64,000 nucleotides of DNA, taken from positions 3,421,152-3,485,151 of the forward strand of contig JBJCIZ010000239.1 in NCBI GenBank assembly GCA_051294375.1, given 5' to 3'. This DNA comes from Paraspadella gotoi (taxonomy: Eukaryota > Animalia > Chaetognatha). This document shows, in pieces, positions 11,201 through 21,981 of this stretch (the first letter of the stretch is position 1; the number at the start of each line of letters is the position of its first letter). The position numbers and the translations under genes were made by a program. The notes below the pieces were generated by a model. The model saw only the letters and a program-made list of their open reading frames with translations, was not told the DNA's origin and ran no database searches.

Positions 11201-14200
11201 TAAAAAACCCGCCAAATTAACTAATTAGAAAGTAGTGATGGGAAAATGCCAATTTAAGACTTCGACACTCTTTAAAAAAAGAAAAAAAAGAATGGTAATT
11301 CAAATGTGTTGCGCCGCAGTGACTGCCTTATCACGTGTACTTTTCGTGACATGACAAGACATGAAATGACATGACGTGACATAACATGACTACATGACTA
11401 CAATAACTTTCTTAATTCGTGTATTTATGACATACACTGCATAAAAATTTGGTCTTTTATTCTATTTTAGTTTTAGGATTTCCTGAAGGCGGCGCTTGCA
11501 GTTTCTTAGATTTGAGGTTTTTTCCTGTCTTAACAAAAGAACAACCAACTCTCGGGAAATTATATGTATTTTTAACGTAAGTGAGACATACCGACGGACA
11601 GACAGACCGACGGACCGACCGAAAAGTGGAGCAATTAAAAAAATATTAGAATTTACGTAAGAGCCAGGCAAGTGGAGAAGTCGATTAATCGTTGTCATTT
11701 AAGACTAAGAGGGTGACGATAAAACAAATTGTTGACGAGGAAACCAAGCTGATTACTGATTACTGATTACTGATTACTCGTGAACCGACTTTGTGACAAC
11801 GGAAGAATAAATCATTTGGCCCTGTTTCCCTCTCTTCCTCTGACTGTCCCCACCCTTCTTCAACAACATTATGGCTGCAGCCTCTCAAGGAATTGTTGTC
11901 TGCCTTCTTAGAAAGCTTTGAAAGTGAGGTCGTCCCTCGTTGGACGAATGCATTTTCAAGTCAACTCGTGTCAAGCACGCGCCCTTTCCACCTTGCGATG
12001 CACAGTAATCGAGTCGGTTCACCCTTTGTATGTAATCCCTACAAATTAAAGAGAACAAACTTTGGTTGTTTTTTTTTTGTTTATTTTTTTGTACGTCCGT
12101 ATAAATTTATTACGAGAGAGAGAGTTCTAAAGTATACCCTGGCATGTCAGCATGGCGTTTCCTTTTCTCCGAATTTTAATTTGCGATGTATTTTGATGAT
12201 TGGTTCATTGGAAGCTTTCTCTCAAATTATTCAGCTGAGGACAGACTGCCAGAGAGTATTTCGATTTTTATGTATTTCTTTATTTATATTATTGTATCTT
12301 AAACTTAATAATCTATCCTGAAAATTAAAGACTAAAGTTTCCCGCTTTTGTAAGGGCACTATTTTCCGAAAGCGCCTTGTTGTTTACCCCTAATCCATAA
12401 CCCTTATCCTAAATCTAAATCTAAATCTTTCTTTCCTAACCCCTTACCTGATCTCTAAAATTAAACTTTAACCGTATTCTACCGTTCATACCTTCAAAGT
12501 CTGACAAGGATCAAAAGAAGAAATGAGCCAAAATGGGGCCTTCTTCAAAATTATATGGCCTTTAATTTTCTTTTTTTTTTTTTTACACCTCATTTTGAAA
12601 TTTATTATAAAGACTCAATTTACTATACCTCCATTTATTCGAAAATGTCAATAAGAGTTTCGCTTTCGGCTCAGGCGGGGGGCCAGTCGGGGGGAAAAAT
12701 TAGAGATTTTGCTTTGAGAAACCGCTCGTACGACCAACCAAATCCACTTACCCGAGCAATCATACAACCTACCTCCCGGTCTCCACCGACATTAAAATTT
12801 ATTTCTCCCCAACCCCCACCAACCCACTTCCAGCTGCGCCTCCTCCTCGACTCCGCCCTTTCAACTCCCTCGTCGATCCTCAGCGTCGAGACGCGAAGAT
12901 CGAAAAATCGTCACGTGACCAGATTCGTCGCCGAATTCGAACGAAACGACGACGACGGCGACGACGACGCCGCCGCCGTCGAGGCGAAGCTCAAAGCGGC
13001 GATAGAGGGGGGCGGCGGCGAAGGGGGCGGCTTCGTCGCGGCGTCGGTGCGCGTGGAAGGTGAGAGGGAAAGAGAGGTGTTGAACTGGGGGGGTTGAGTA
13101 TATGTTTTACCTTAATCTGACCTCCCCCTCCCAAAATGAGCTATTTGATATAGTGTTGAGTCAAATTTCTTTAGGAAAGCAATATATATAATTATATAAT
13201 AGATTAAATAATAAAACCTTGAAATATAAAAATAGAGAATAGTGAAACGAGTAATTTTGCAAATTTTCATACATACATACATACAAACATTCAACTCAAT
13301 CCCCATATACGTACATAAAGAACTTATAATTATATTAGAGCCAAACTTCGTCAATGGGGTGGGTCAGAAGTTTGATTTGGGAACCTTTCCAAATGAAACT
13401 TCATACATTTCTGAGAAAACTTTCAATGGAGCAAAATTTTCTAAAAAGTCAAGAAGCATTAGTAATTAATTTTTTAATATTTATTTATAGATAGGAAATG
13501 TCAAAAAATTTTTTTGGAATTTATCTACACAAAGTATAATTATTTTTTCAATATTTTGATGATAAGTGGGTTAAAATTTAGAAAAACCTTAAAAAATCAG
13601 CATCATCATCATCATCCGATGATTTTAGCAGTTTTTACTAATTTTTAGTAATAAAACATCAAAATTTTAAAAAGTTGTAATTATATTTTTTGCTTAACTT
13701 TTTAAGCTCTATTAGAATCAATTAAAAAAACTTAAAGTATCCAAAAAAATTGTTGACATTATATAGCGATATAAGTAATATTATAATTTAGCCGAATTAC
13801 TCATTGTTCGGAACATTTTTTGCCAAAAAAATATTTTAACCACAATAAATAATACCAATAATGGATTAGTTTTAATGCTGTCCCATTAAAATTTGAAATT
13901 TGCGTCGGCTACTGCCATTATTTATATATATATAATATATATATATTATAACATCCCGCTAATCCCTTAAACCTTAAACTTAATCCAAAAACTATTCAAC
14001 TCTCACTCCATTTCTCAAACCCCCCTCTTTCACACCCTCCCCCCAAAAAATTTTTATTCACCCCCCCTCAACACCCACCCCCAGATTCCCGACGAATGCT
14101 CCGACCCGAGAGCCAACGATTGCCACCGTTCCGCAGTCTGTTCCAACGTCGCCGACTCTCGTTCGCCTGTCAATGCCATTCGGTTAGCCCATAGGCGATG

Positions 14201-14776
14201 AAATTTAAATGCTAATGTATACAGCGTTGAAATAATCCATCATGAGCATTTATTATGATATTAAAATTTTTTTTTTTGGTTGTCAAAAATACTTTCTTCT
14301 GACTCGGGTACTAGCCTAATCAAAAATATTATATTACTATATAAAGCGAAATATTTTTTTCCCTAAATCTTAACATATGCAAAATCACTGTATCAACCTA
14401 TGCTCATCTAAAGATTGCTCTACGATGTTAAACAAAATTTTAAAGAGACTATAAAAAGTTAATACATTTTATATTTCATATCATCCAGGGCTACGAAGAC
14501 GCCGGGGATTCTCGCGGAGCCGGGCGGGACTGCGTGTGGAACGGCGTCCAGGAGGACGAGCGTATCGGCGTCCTGGAGGAGGCGCTGACGGCGCTGCGGG
14601 CAAAGCTGTCAACTCACGGCGCCATCATCGCCGTTCTAGTCGCCTTCGTCATTCTCATAGTCATCGGCGCCGCAGCGTTTTATCTCTGGCGCGTGCGGAG
14701 CCGGCGGACGACGGCGCCAACTCGGGCGCCGCCGCCTGCCGACCCGAACCCTCAAAAGTATCAGGCTCCGGGGTGA
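8261..14776 (+). CDS. Type I transmembrane collagen: SP, 94 Gly-X-Y, EGF-like, SEA-like, Ca-binding EGF, coiled coil, TM, short tail
   Basis: Phase-consistent GT-AG exons 8261-8318, 8410-9297, 9803-9966, 12834-13059, 14085-14182 and 14489-14776. Signal peptide MSGKLFCPTTVLLFFLILNVTIFVSG; 282 aa uninterrupted GXY; DECSDPRANDCHRSAVCSNV..FACQCHSGY (needs compensating +1/-1 indels); TM AIIAVLVAFVILIVIGAAAFYLW then RVRSRR. Confidence 0.85.
9476..9740 (+). mobile_element. Repeat family B copy: tRNA(Met-CAT)-like head plus twister-like body (collagen intron 2)
   Basis: Homologous to the copies at 29350, 31320, 38956 and 40385. CTCATGA anticodon-loop-like motif, B-box-like GGATCGATCC, then GAGGA-cggcga-TAA-aac-GC...CTTGGTTGCAAGCCCAGG. 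Confidence 0.8.
10618..10825 (+). repeat. Interstitial TTAGGC and degenerate TTAGGG repeats with a 15-bp inverted repeat
   Basis: GCCGGATAAACACCT-taggctt-AGGTGTTTATCCGGC, then (TTAGGC)n, then GGTTAGGG-like units. Confidence 0.7.
10826..10897 (-). mobile_element. Repeat family A, truncated 5' part
   Basis: Reverse complement gives TATGGTGGACTAAAATCCATCAACCGTTCATCAGCGGCCAT...CGCCTCCCTACCCAAAGGTCCGGGGTTA. Confidence 0.75.
11290..11630 (-). mobile_element. HINE-like family C copy
   Basis: Shares GGTAATT.CAATGTGTTGCGCCGCAG, CCTGAAGGCGGCGCT and GACCGACC blocks with the 16673-16975 copy. Confidence 0.7.
13336..13890 (+). repeat. About 550-bp AT-rich dispersed repeat (inverted copy at 19380-19965, partial copy at 2026-2440)
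   Basis: TAGAGCCAAACTT.GTCAATGGGGTGGGTC...ATGGATTAGTTTTAATGCTGTCCCATTAAA recurs as a reverse complement in intron 2 of the neighbouring gene. Confidence 0.75.
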
Positions 14777-16672
14777 GAGGGATTTCGGGGTCGTGGCCTG
14801 ATCGTCAGGCGGTGAGATAACTCGTGATTTGATCAGTATAAACTAGAAATGTTCTTCGATTATTTGGGAAGTGCTAAAACTTGTAATATTTGTGTACAAA
14901 CAAGACTTAAATGTACATTGTACAATGTATAATTTTGTATATAAAAGGCGTCTCTGCTTTATGAAACAGACTTTGCTTTGTTATTTTAACCTAATGTTTA
15001 AATAGTTTTAGAAATATATATTTTACATATTTGTAATTGCTGTAAAATTTGTTGAATACTTTATTCTAAATTATTGTTAACAATATTAAAATTAATTCAA
15101 ATCGTTCCTTCATGACTGTACTCGTAAGAAGAGTCTCGTTTAATAAATTGTAAACAATACCGTGTTGGCAAAGGAAATAAATTAGTGATTATCAACTTAT
15201 GACGAACGCATTGATTATTGAATAATTAAGTAAATAATACTAACATCGAGTCTCGAGCGCAAATATTCAAATTTAGTANNNNNNNNNNNNNNNCTTTCTC
15301 ATTTTGAGATAATAAAACGACGTGACCTCAAGAAACTATTAAAATCCACCTCTTATATCCAAAACGTTTTTTTTCTTCAAATTTATCTTTAAAGANNNNN
15401 NNNNNNNNNNNNNNNNNNNNNNNNNNNNNNNNNNNNNNNNNNNNNNNNNNNNNNNNNNNNNNNNNNNNNNNNNNNNNNNNNNNNNNNNNNNNNNNNNNNN
15501 NNNNNNNNNNNNNNNNNNNNNNNNNNNNNNNNNNNNNNNNNNNNNNNNNNNNNNNNNNNNNNNNNNNNNNNNNNNNNNNNNNNNNNNNNNNNNNNNNNNN
15601 NNNNNNNNNNNNNNNNNNNNNNNNNNNNNNNNNNNNNNNNNNNNNNNNNNNNNNNNNNNNNNNNNNNNNNNNNNNNNNNNNNNNNNNNNNNNNNNNNNNN
15701 ATAAATATCATACTTTGTATAACTATAGTAGAAAACATAAGATAAGTTTATTATAGCTTTTTGGTGACAACAACAACGTCAACAACAACAACAACAAGGT
15801 CAAATAGTTAACTGACCACTTAATTCGTTTTGACTCTGTCACGAAACTAGTAACGAACTAGTCTCAGTGGACATCTCCTCGTCCGTTGACCCGTCAGGCT
15901 GTTACTTGGCGACGCCGTCGTCCACTCGCCTCGTCTTCGCCGGAAGTGGGCGCGGTTTTGTCCAGCGCCCCGTCAACGGTGTGAAGCCCTGAGTCACTGG
16001 CTTTGTGGAAAGGTCCCGAGTCCATCACGAGAGTCTGAGGCTCCGGTCTTGTGGCCTCTTGGTGGCACTTCGCCCGCAAGTCTCTGGGCTTGTGGTGTAC
16101 TTGTGGGGCTCGTGGTCCTAACCATAGGACTACTGTAGAAAATGTGACAAGGTTGGTAGACTTGGCATCACTGCTCCCGTAAAAGGCCGTTTGGGGACGG
16201 GCCTGCTGTCTGACTCCGAAACTGTGTGACTAGAAAAGTGAATGAAACAGGCACAGGTAAGGCAAAGAAAGCAGACGAAAAGTACAAAGGTCAAATGAAA
16301 CAAGTGAACAACGGCATATCTCATCAGACTCTTTTTGTTATCGTCGTTTTTCTCTCTGAAAATGATTTTGATCATTACATGTTGTAAATTTATTCGTGAA
16401 ACGTCTTCTTATTTTTTCTTCAATTTCCTGCCAAGTCATTTACCAAAGGTTACAACAACGACGAAGCCGCGAAATAAAAAATATATTTCACACTCTCTCT
16501 CTCTCTCTTCTTCTCATTGCCTCATTTCATATTCGATTTAAGCCGAAACATGTTCAAAATTTAATAAAAACGTTGTAAACAATAATAAACTTATTTTACG
16601 TTTTCTAATTCAAACGTAACGAAAGAAAGAATCGTAACAATGTATAACTATTCTAAATACTATAAAATAAAG

Positions 16673-16975
16673 AGAACAAGAACGGTAATTCCAATGTGTT
16701 GCGCCGCAGTTACTTTATTTTTATTTGTATTTTTTTTTTTATCACATTTCGTCTTTTATTTCTTATAGTTTTAGGAATTCCTGAAGGCGGCGCTAGCAGT
16801 CTCTTAGATTTGATGATTTTTCTGTCTTAACAAATGAGCAACCAACATTAAGCAAATTATATACATTTTCAACGTAAGTGAAACAGACCAATGGACAAAA
16901 ATACCGACGGACCGACCGACCGACCGAAAAGTGACTTATAGAGTTACTCCGCGAGTACTCGCGGCGCTACTAAAA
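16673..16975 (-). mobile_element. Complete short HINE/DINE-1-like element (family C)
   Basis: Minus strand: 5' TTTTAGTAGCGCCGCGAGTACTCGCGGAGTAACTCTATAAG, (GTCG)n microsatellite, and a 3' subterminal inverted repeat GCGGCGCAAC about 25 nt from the end. Confidence 0.75.
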
Positions 16976-17063
16976 AACTTAATTCCCATTTCTCGTCTTA
17001 TTTCGTCGTAATCTTTTTCCCTCCACCATATCTTTCTCAGCTGCATCCAACGAACTACCTACA

Positions 17064-20000
17064 ATGCAACGCCATCTGCTTCTGGCGACCTCGTTTTTTT
17101 TTATCCTCAGCGCCTACGTTTTCTTCACTTTCAAAAGAGACTCCGCCTACTTCCCGATTTTCCCCGAGGGCTTCGATCCACTGTGCGGCTGCAAACGCGT
17201 GAAAAACGAAACTCCCGCGGAAAATCGATCGCTGTGCGGTCCGACGGCGACGGATCGCGGGCGCGGACAAAAGATCATCGCTTTCTCCTTTTTCGGATCG
17301 AAAACTAATGATCATTTTTCGGGCATCGGAAGAAATATCCATTTGGTTCGTCTTTATTATCCCGGTCACGTGATGCGACTTTACACGAGATGGAAACAAT
17401 TGTCGTCGGAAGCGCAGAGCGAAATTTGTCGATTGTTTTGCAACGAAACAATTTTTGACATTTGCGACGTCGATTCGATAGGTGAGTGATTATTTTACTA
17501 TCTTTATTTATAGTTATCTATTATGTATCAGGTCGAAGCCCGAACGACGGCTTAATGATAAGTTAGAAAAAAATATTTTTGGACTGAATAATAAGTGGTT
17601 AATAAAGATGCGTGAATATCAATTTTAATTTTTGAATCTTTAAAAAGCAGACCGTCTGTTTTCCTAACTGCTTTTACTTACTGAAAGTTTTTGTTTTTCT
17701 CAAAATAAATTTTTTTTTCAGGATATTTGATAATTTTTATCCCTCGAGAAGTAATCGCCTAAAAATTTGTCCAAATTTACTTTTCATTTTCATTTTCATT
17801 ACTTTTCATTTTCTTTTCATTTAGTAATGTCCGATTCAAACTGCTAGATCTATGAGTAATGAGTATGTTAGTTAGATATGGTTGTATGGTTATAGACTTC
17901 ACTGAAAACCAGTCGGACTATACGGAATTAGCTAATCAAAATTAATTACTCGGCTCGTTTTCCAGACAGATATCCCGAACTACGAAGCAAGCACGGCCGG
18001 CTCTGGCGATTCGCTCCCATGGCCGATCCCCTCTGTTCCGAGTGGCACAGTCGCGATCTGGACTCGCTCATTTCACCGCGTGAAGTATCGGCGGTGAAAG
18101 AATGGAGAGAGTCGGGCTTCACATTTCACGTGATGCGTGACAACAAGATGCACAACGTGCCGATTCTGGCCGGGATGTTCGGTATGAAGATCACGAGAAA
18201 TAATTCGCGGATTTTGAGAAAAACTTTTGAGGAAATTTTGAAATTCGGCGGAACCCGACAATACAAGCAACTGGATCAGGTAGGATTAAGACGAAATAGC
18301 CTTCTTCGTTGATAGCTACCTTGTCTGTCGTTGAGGTAAGATATAGTTGTAGACTGTGAAAAGAGCAATAGTGATATCCCACTCGGCGAACCCTTCCCCT
18401 TATTTTTTGTTGCCTCGGTATATAATTAAAGAAAATCATTCCCTTATTTTTTGGCACAACGGTACATTAACAAGAATTAGAGCGAATTGTATTTTGTAAT
18501 AATATTGTAGTAATATTATTGTAAACTTAATACTTAAACTTAATAACAGATTCGGATTCTTCATAAAAATAGTTTTATCACATAATAGGTTCTACTACAG
18601 ATAGTACAAAGGGGGAGAATTTTGACCTTTTTTTAAATTTGGGAATTTTAAATATATTGCATTTTATGTTTCTGTTCCTGAAACTATAAAAAAAAAAAAA
18701 ATTATGTACTCCATAAACCATAATCATACTATTTCGCATAAAATTATTAAATATTGTTATATGGTGGACTAAAATCCACCAACCGTTCATCAGCGGCCAT
18801 TGGTGCCGGAGGCAAATCATTCGCCTCCCAACCCAAAGGTCCGGGGTTTTAGCCCGGTGGTCGCCTAGCAGTTAAGAGGGACGGGGCCCTTAACCCGCCT
18901 GTAACATGGTGTTACAGCCTGATCCGAAGCTCAGGGACTGCTTATAATGAACGGTTCTGTCACTAACACGTAACAATAATTACTGTCTCTTCAGTTAATT
19001 GATTTTAATCAATTTTTTGTTCTCGAGAGCTCCACTCCAATATGCGTGTCTGTTGATCTTTGGCAAGACAAAGGTAAGGGGTGTGATTGGTTTGGGGTGT
19101 GATTAGTAAGTTCTTTCACGTTGCTGATTTTTAGGCAATTTAAATTTCGCAATTAGTTAAACTTACGTCATTTTGAAGTTATCGGTTTTCATGAAATTGG
19201 TACAACCAATATAAAAATTATCCATTCATTTAATAAATAAGCTATCTTACCCCTGACTTTGGACAGGCTTTGGTGGTTTAAGGCCTCCATCACTCTTACA
19301 AGATAATGACATAGCAGGTCCCTGCAAGCTTTCAATCTTGTTTTTTTCAATCTTGTTTAATCTTGTTTAATCTTGTTTAATGGGAACAGTATTAAACTAA
19401 TCCATTAATTGCTATTAATTATTGTATTAAAATATTTTTTTTGCAAAAATGTTCCGAACCATGAGTAATTCGCTAATAATATTATTATATTGCTATATAA
19501 TGTCAAAATTTTTTTTGGATATTTTAAGTTTTTTTAATTGATTCTGATAGAGCTTAAAAAGTTAAGCAAAAAATATAATTACAACTTATTAAAATTTTGC
19601 TGTTTTATTACTAAAAATTAATAAAAACTGCTAAAATCATTGGATGATGATGATGATGATGATTTTTAAGGTTTTTCCCAATTTTGACCCACTTATCATC
19701 AAAATATTGAAAAAAGAATTATACTTTGTGTAGACAACTTTTTATAAGCTATCTGAATCTGCTTTTAAAAATACAAAATTTAAAAAAAATATTTTTGACA
19801 TTTCCTATCTATAAATAAATATTAAAAAATTAATTACTAATGCTTCTAGCCATTTTAGAAAATTTTGGTCCATTGAAAGTTTTCTCAGAAATGTATGAAG
19901 TTTCATTTAGAGAGGTTCCCAAATCAAACTTCTTGGACCCACCCCATTGACAAAGTTTGGCTCTACTCACAGTCTTGTTTTTTCACTTCCAGAGTACCTG

Positions 20001-20500
20001 GCTTCCCTATCAATGAACTTTACTGTTCTAAATCAATATTTGAACTAATATTTCAGATATTGAATTAAGATTTTGAATTAATTCAAACATTGATTACTAA
20101 CTGACTCCTTTGGTTAAAATTATATAATTAATATATGGTGACTAAGTATACACTATATATACTATACTATATAGTATATATACTATATTTATGATAAATA
20201 ATGATATTTTGTCTCAATAATTTGTTAAAATAACTTCCTTTTTTCCAGGTATCATTATCAAAATTTCTTTGGCCCCTGGCCAACAAAGACATGGTGGCTC
20301 ACGACAGCTACTTGTGTCTCGCCTTCAAAAACGCCCTTAACCGCCCTTGGCCCACGCAACGGGTAACCGGCCCGAACTTTACTGCTCCGAAGGTCATGAA
20401 CTTTGTCGGTTCAACTGGGAGCATTCTTTCGCTGAAAAGTTACGGTTCTTGTCCCGCGCTGTGTCGACCTAAAGATCATCAGGATTGGCTCATGTGCTGA
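17064..20500 (+). CDS. Uncharacterised type II membrane protein, putative GT-A glycosyltransferase-like
   Basis: Clean phase-consistent exons 17064-17481, 17966-18279 and 20249-20500. N-terminal anchor; motifs QKIIAFSFFG, YPGHVMRLY, WRFAPMADP, SRDLDS (DxD), HVMRD..H..PILAGMFG, DQ..L...LWP, HDSYLC, CP..CRPKDHQDW. Confidence 0.85.
18760..18995 (+). mobile_element. Repeat family A, full copy (best preserved)
   Basis: Near-identical to 6466-6701 along its whole length. Confidence 0.85.
18867..18942 (+). ncRNA. Putative P5-type (circularly permuted) twister ribozyme variant
   Basis: AGCAGTT(P5) aa GaGG(P2') GA CGG(T1') ggccct TAA CCC(P2) GC c TGTAACA tgg TGTTACA(P3) G CCTGA T CCG AAGC TCAGG(P4/L4) GACTGCT(P5'). 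Predicted cleavage between 18891 and 18892. Confidence 0.65.
19380..19965 (-). repeat. Copy of the about 550-bp AT-rich dispersed repeat
   Basis: Reverse complement of 13336-13890. Confidence 0.75.
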
Positions 20501-21981
20501 ATTGACTGTTGTTTTGGGGGTAAAAATGTAACGTTCAGAGTTCGTTTTTTAGAATTTTTCACGACAGCGAATTTTAGTTGATCCCTCGAGAAGTTGCACG
20601 ACGGGACTTCTATTACCGATTGACTTAGCCTAGCTTTTTTTTTTATCGTCATAATCGCCTGCGCTTCCGACGATTTTGTGTCGATATCGTTTTTGTTGCG
20701 GCCGTTATCCGCGACGTCGGCGTTCCAAATATTATTTATTATTATTATTATATTATTATTATTATATTATTATTATATAAAATTATTTGCAATTGTACGA
20801 AGCTTAAAATTTGATATATATTCTCATCATTAAGATCCTTTAAAATTGATGAGGTTATATATCAAATGGTATTTGTTTACATTTTATATAAATAAATATT
20901 TATATTTATCTCTCTTAGTTTTTTTTAAAAATAAATATATATGTCATTATCATTAATAAAAAAAATTTTGTCAGCTTCAAAATCGTGATGTTAAGCATCG
21001 CAGTCGAACATGTTATCATTTTACCATCTGTTAGTAAAAGTTTTACTTTTTTTTTTACCTCTTACTTCTCCCATATGCTTTCATACAATTTATTCAATTT
21101 ATTTAATGCAGTTTTTATTTTTAAATCGATTTATTCGATGCAATTTATCTTAATTCTTTCATTTATTTACGTTAAATTTAAATTTAATTCATTCATTCAA
21201 TTTAATTCATTCGATTTATTTCTTTCATTCAATTTTTTTCATTAATTTTTTATTCAATTAATTTTAGTTTAATTCATTAATTTCGTTTTTGTTATTATTA
21301 TTTTCTATCTCGGCTCTCTTGCGATTTTTCCCCGTTTCCTTTCATACTCTCTAGTTTGTTTTGTTATTTCATTTGTTCTTTCTTATGAGTGGCAAATCAT
21401 TATTACCTTTCAAGATTTGTTTTCTTTTTTTTTCTTTTTATTTTTTTATTCTATTTTTTCATTTTTTTCTTATGTTTTTAGCAAATTTAATTTTTTATTA
21501 TTTTAATTATGTATAAAACTTAGTTTTCCTGTAACAGATATGATTTTTCGAGTATCAAAGTTTGTTATGGGTTCAAATTTCTTTTACGCGAATTCCACGA
21601 TCCTTTTGCAGTAGATTTTTTGTTGTAGAGTTTATTCAGTTTTTTGTTCCACTTTTAATTTACAAGATATCGGCTTAAACGCCAAACGTTGACCTCAAGT
21701 TATTGCTTCCGTAGCTGCTACAAACTTCGTAGACACTGAATTTTTTGAAAAAAAACTTAATTTATGACCGTTTGTTGCGTATGTTTTTAAAAATAAACAT
21801 TTTTTTGTTCTTACCCAGTTTAAATAATTTTCTCGAACTTCTCGAATAAAACAAAAGACGTAAATCACGCTAAGACCCTAATAAAGAAAGTGTATTATTT
21901 TAAGACTAAGTAGAGAAATATGAGAAAAATAGTAGATATTAAAAAAAAAAAAAAAAACTATTCTAGTAAGTATATTGCCTT

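Noticed and set aside
15328-15738. ORFs spanning N runs (also near 42-43, 51, 54 and 57 kb)
   Set aside because: Artefacts of translating through assembly gaps.
15830-16260. LTR retrotransposon 3' end (purine tract plus TG on the minus strand)
   Set aside because: No recognisable integrase motif and no second LTR; an adjacent gap prevents testing.
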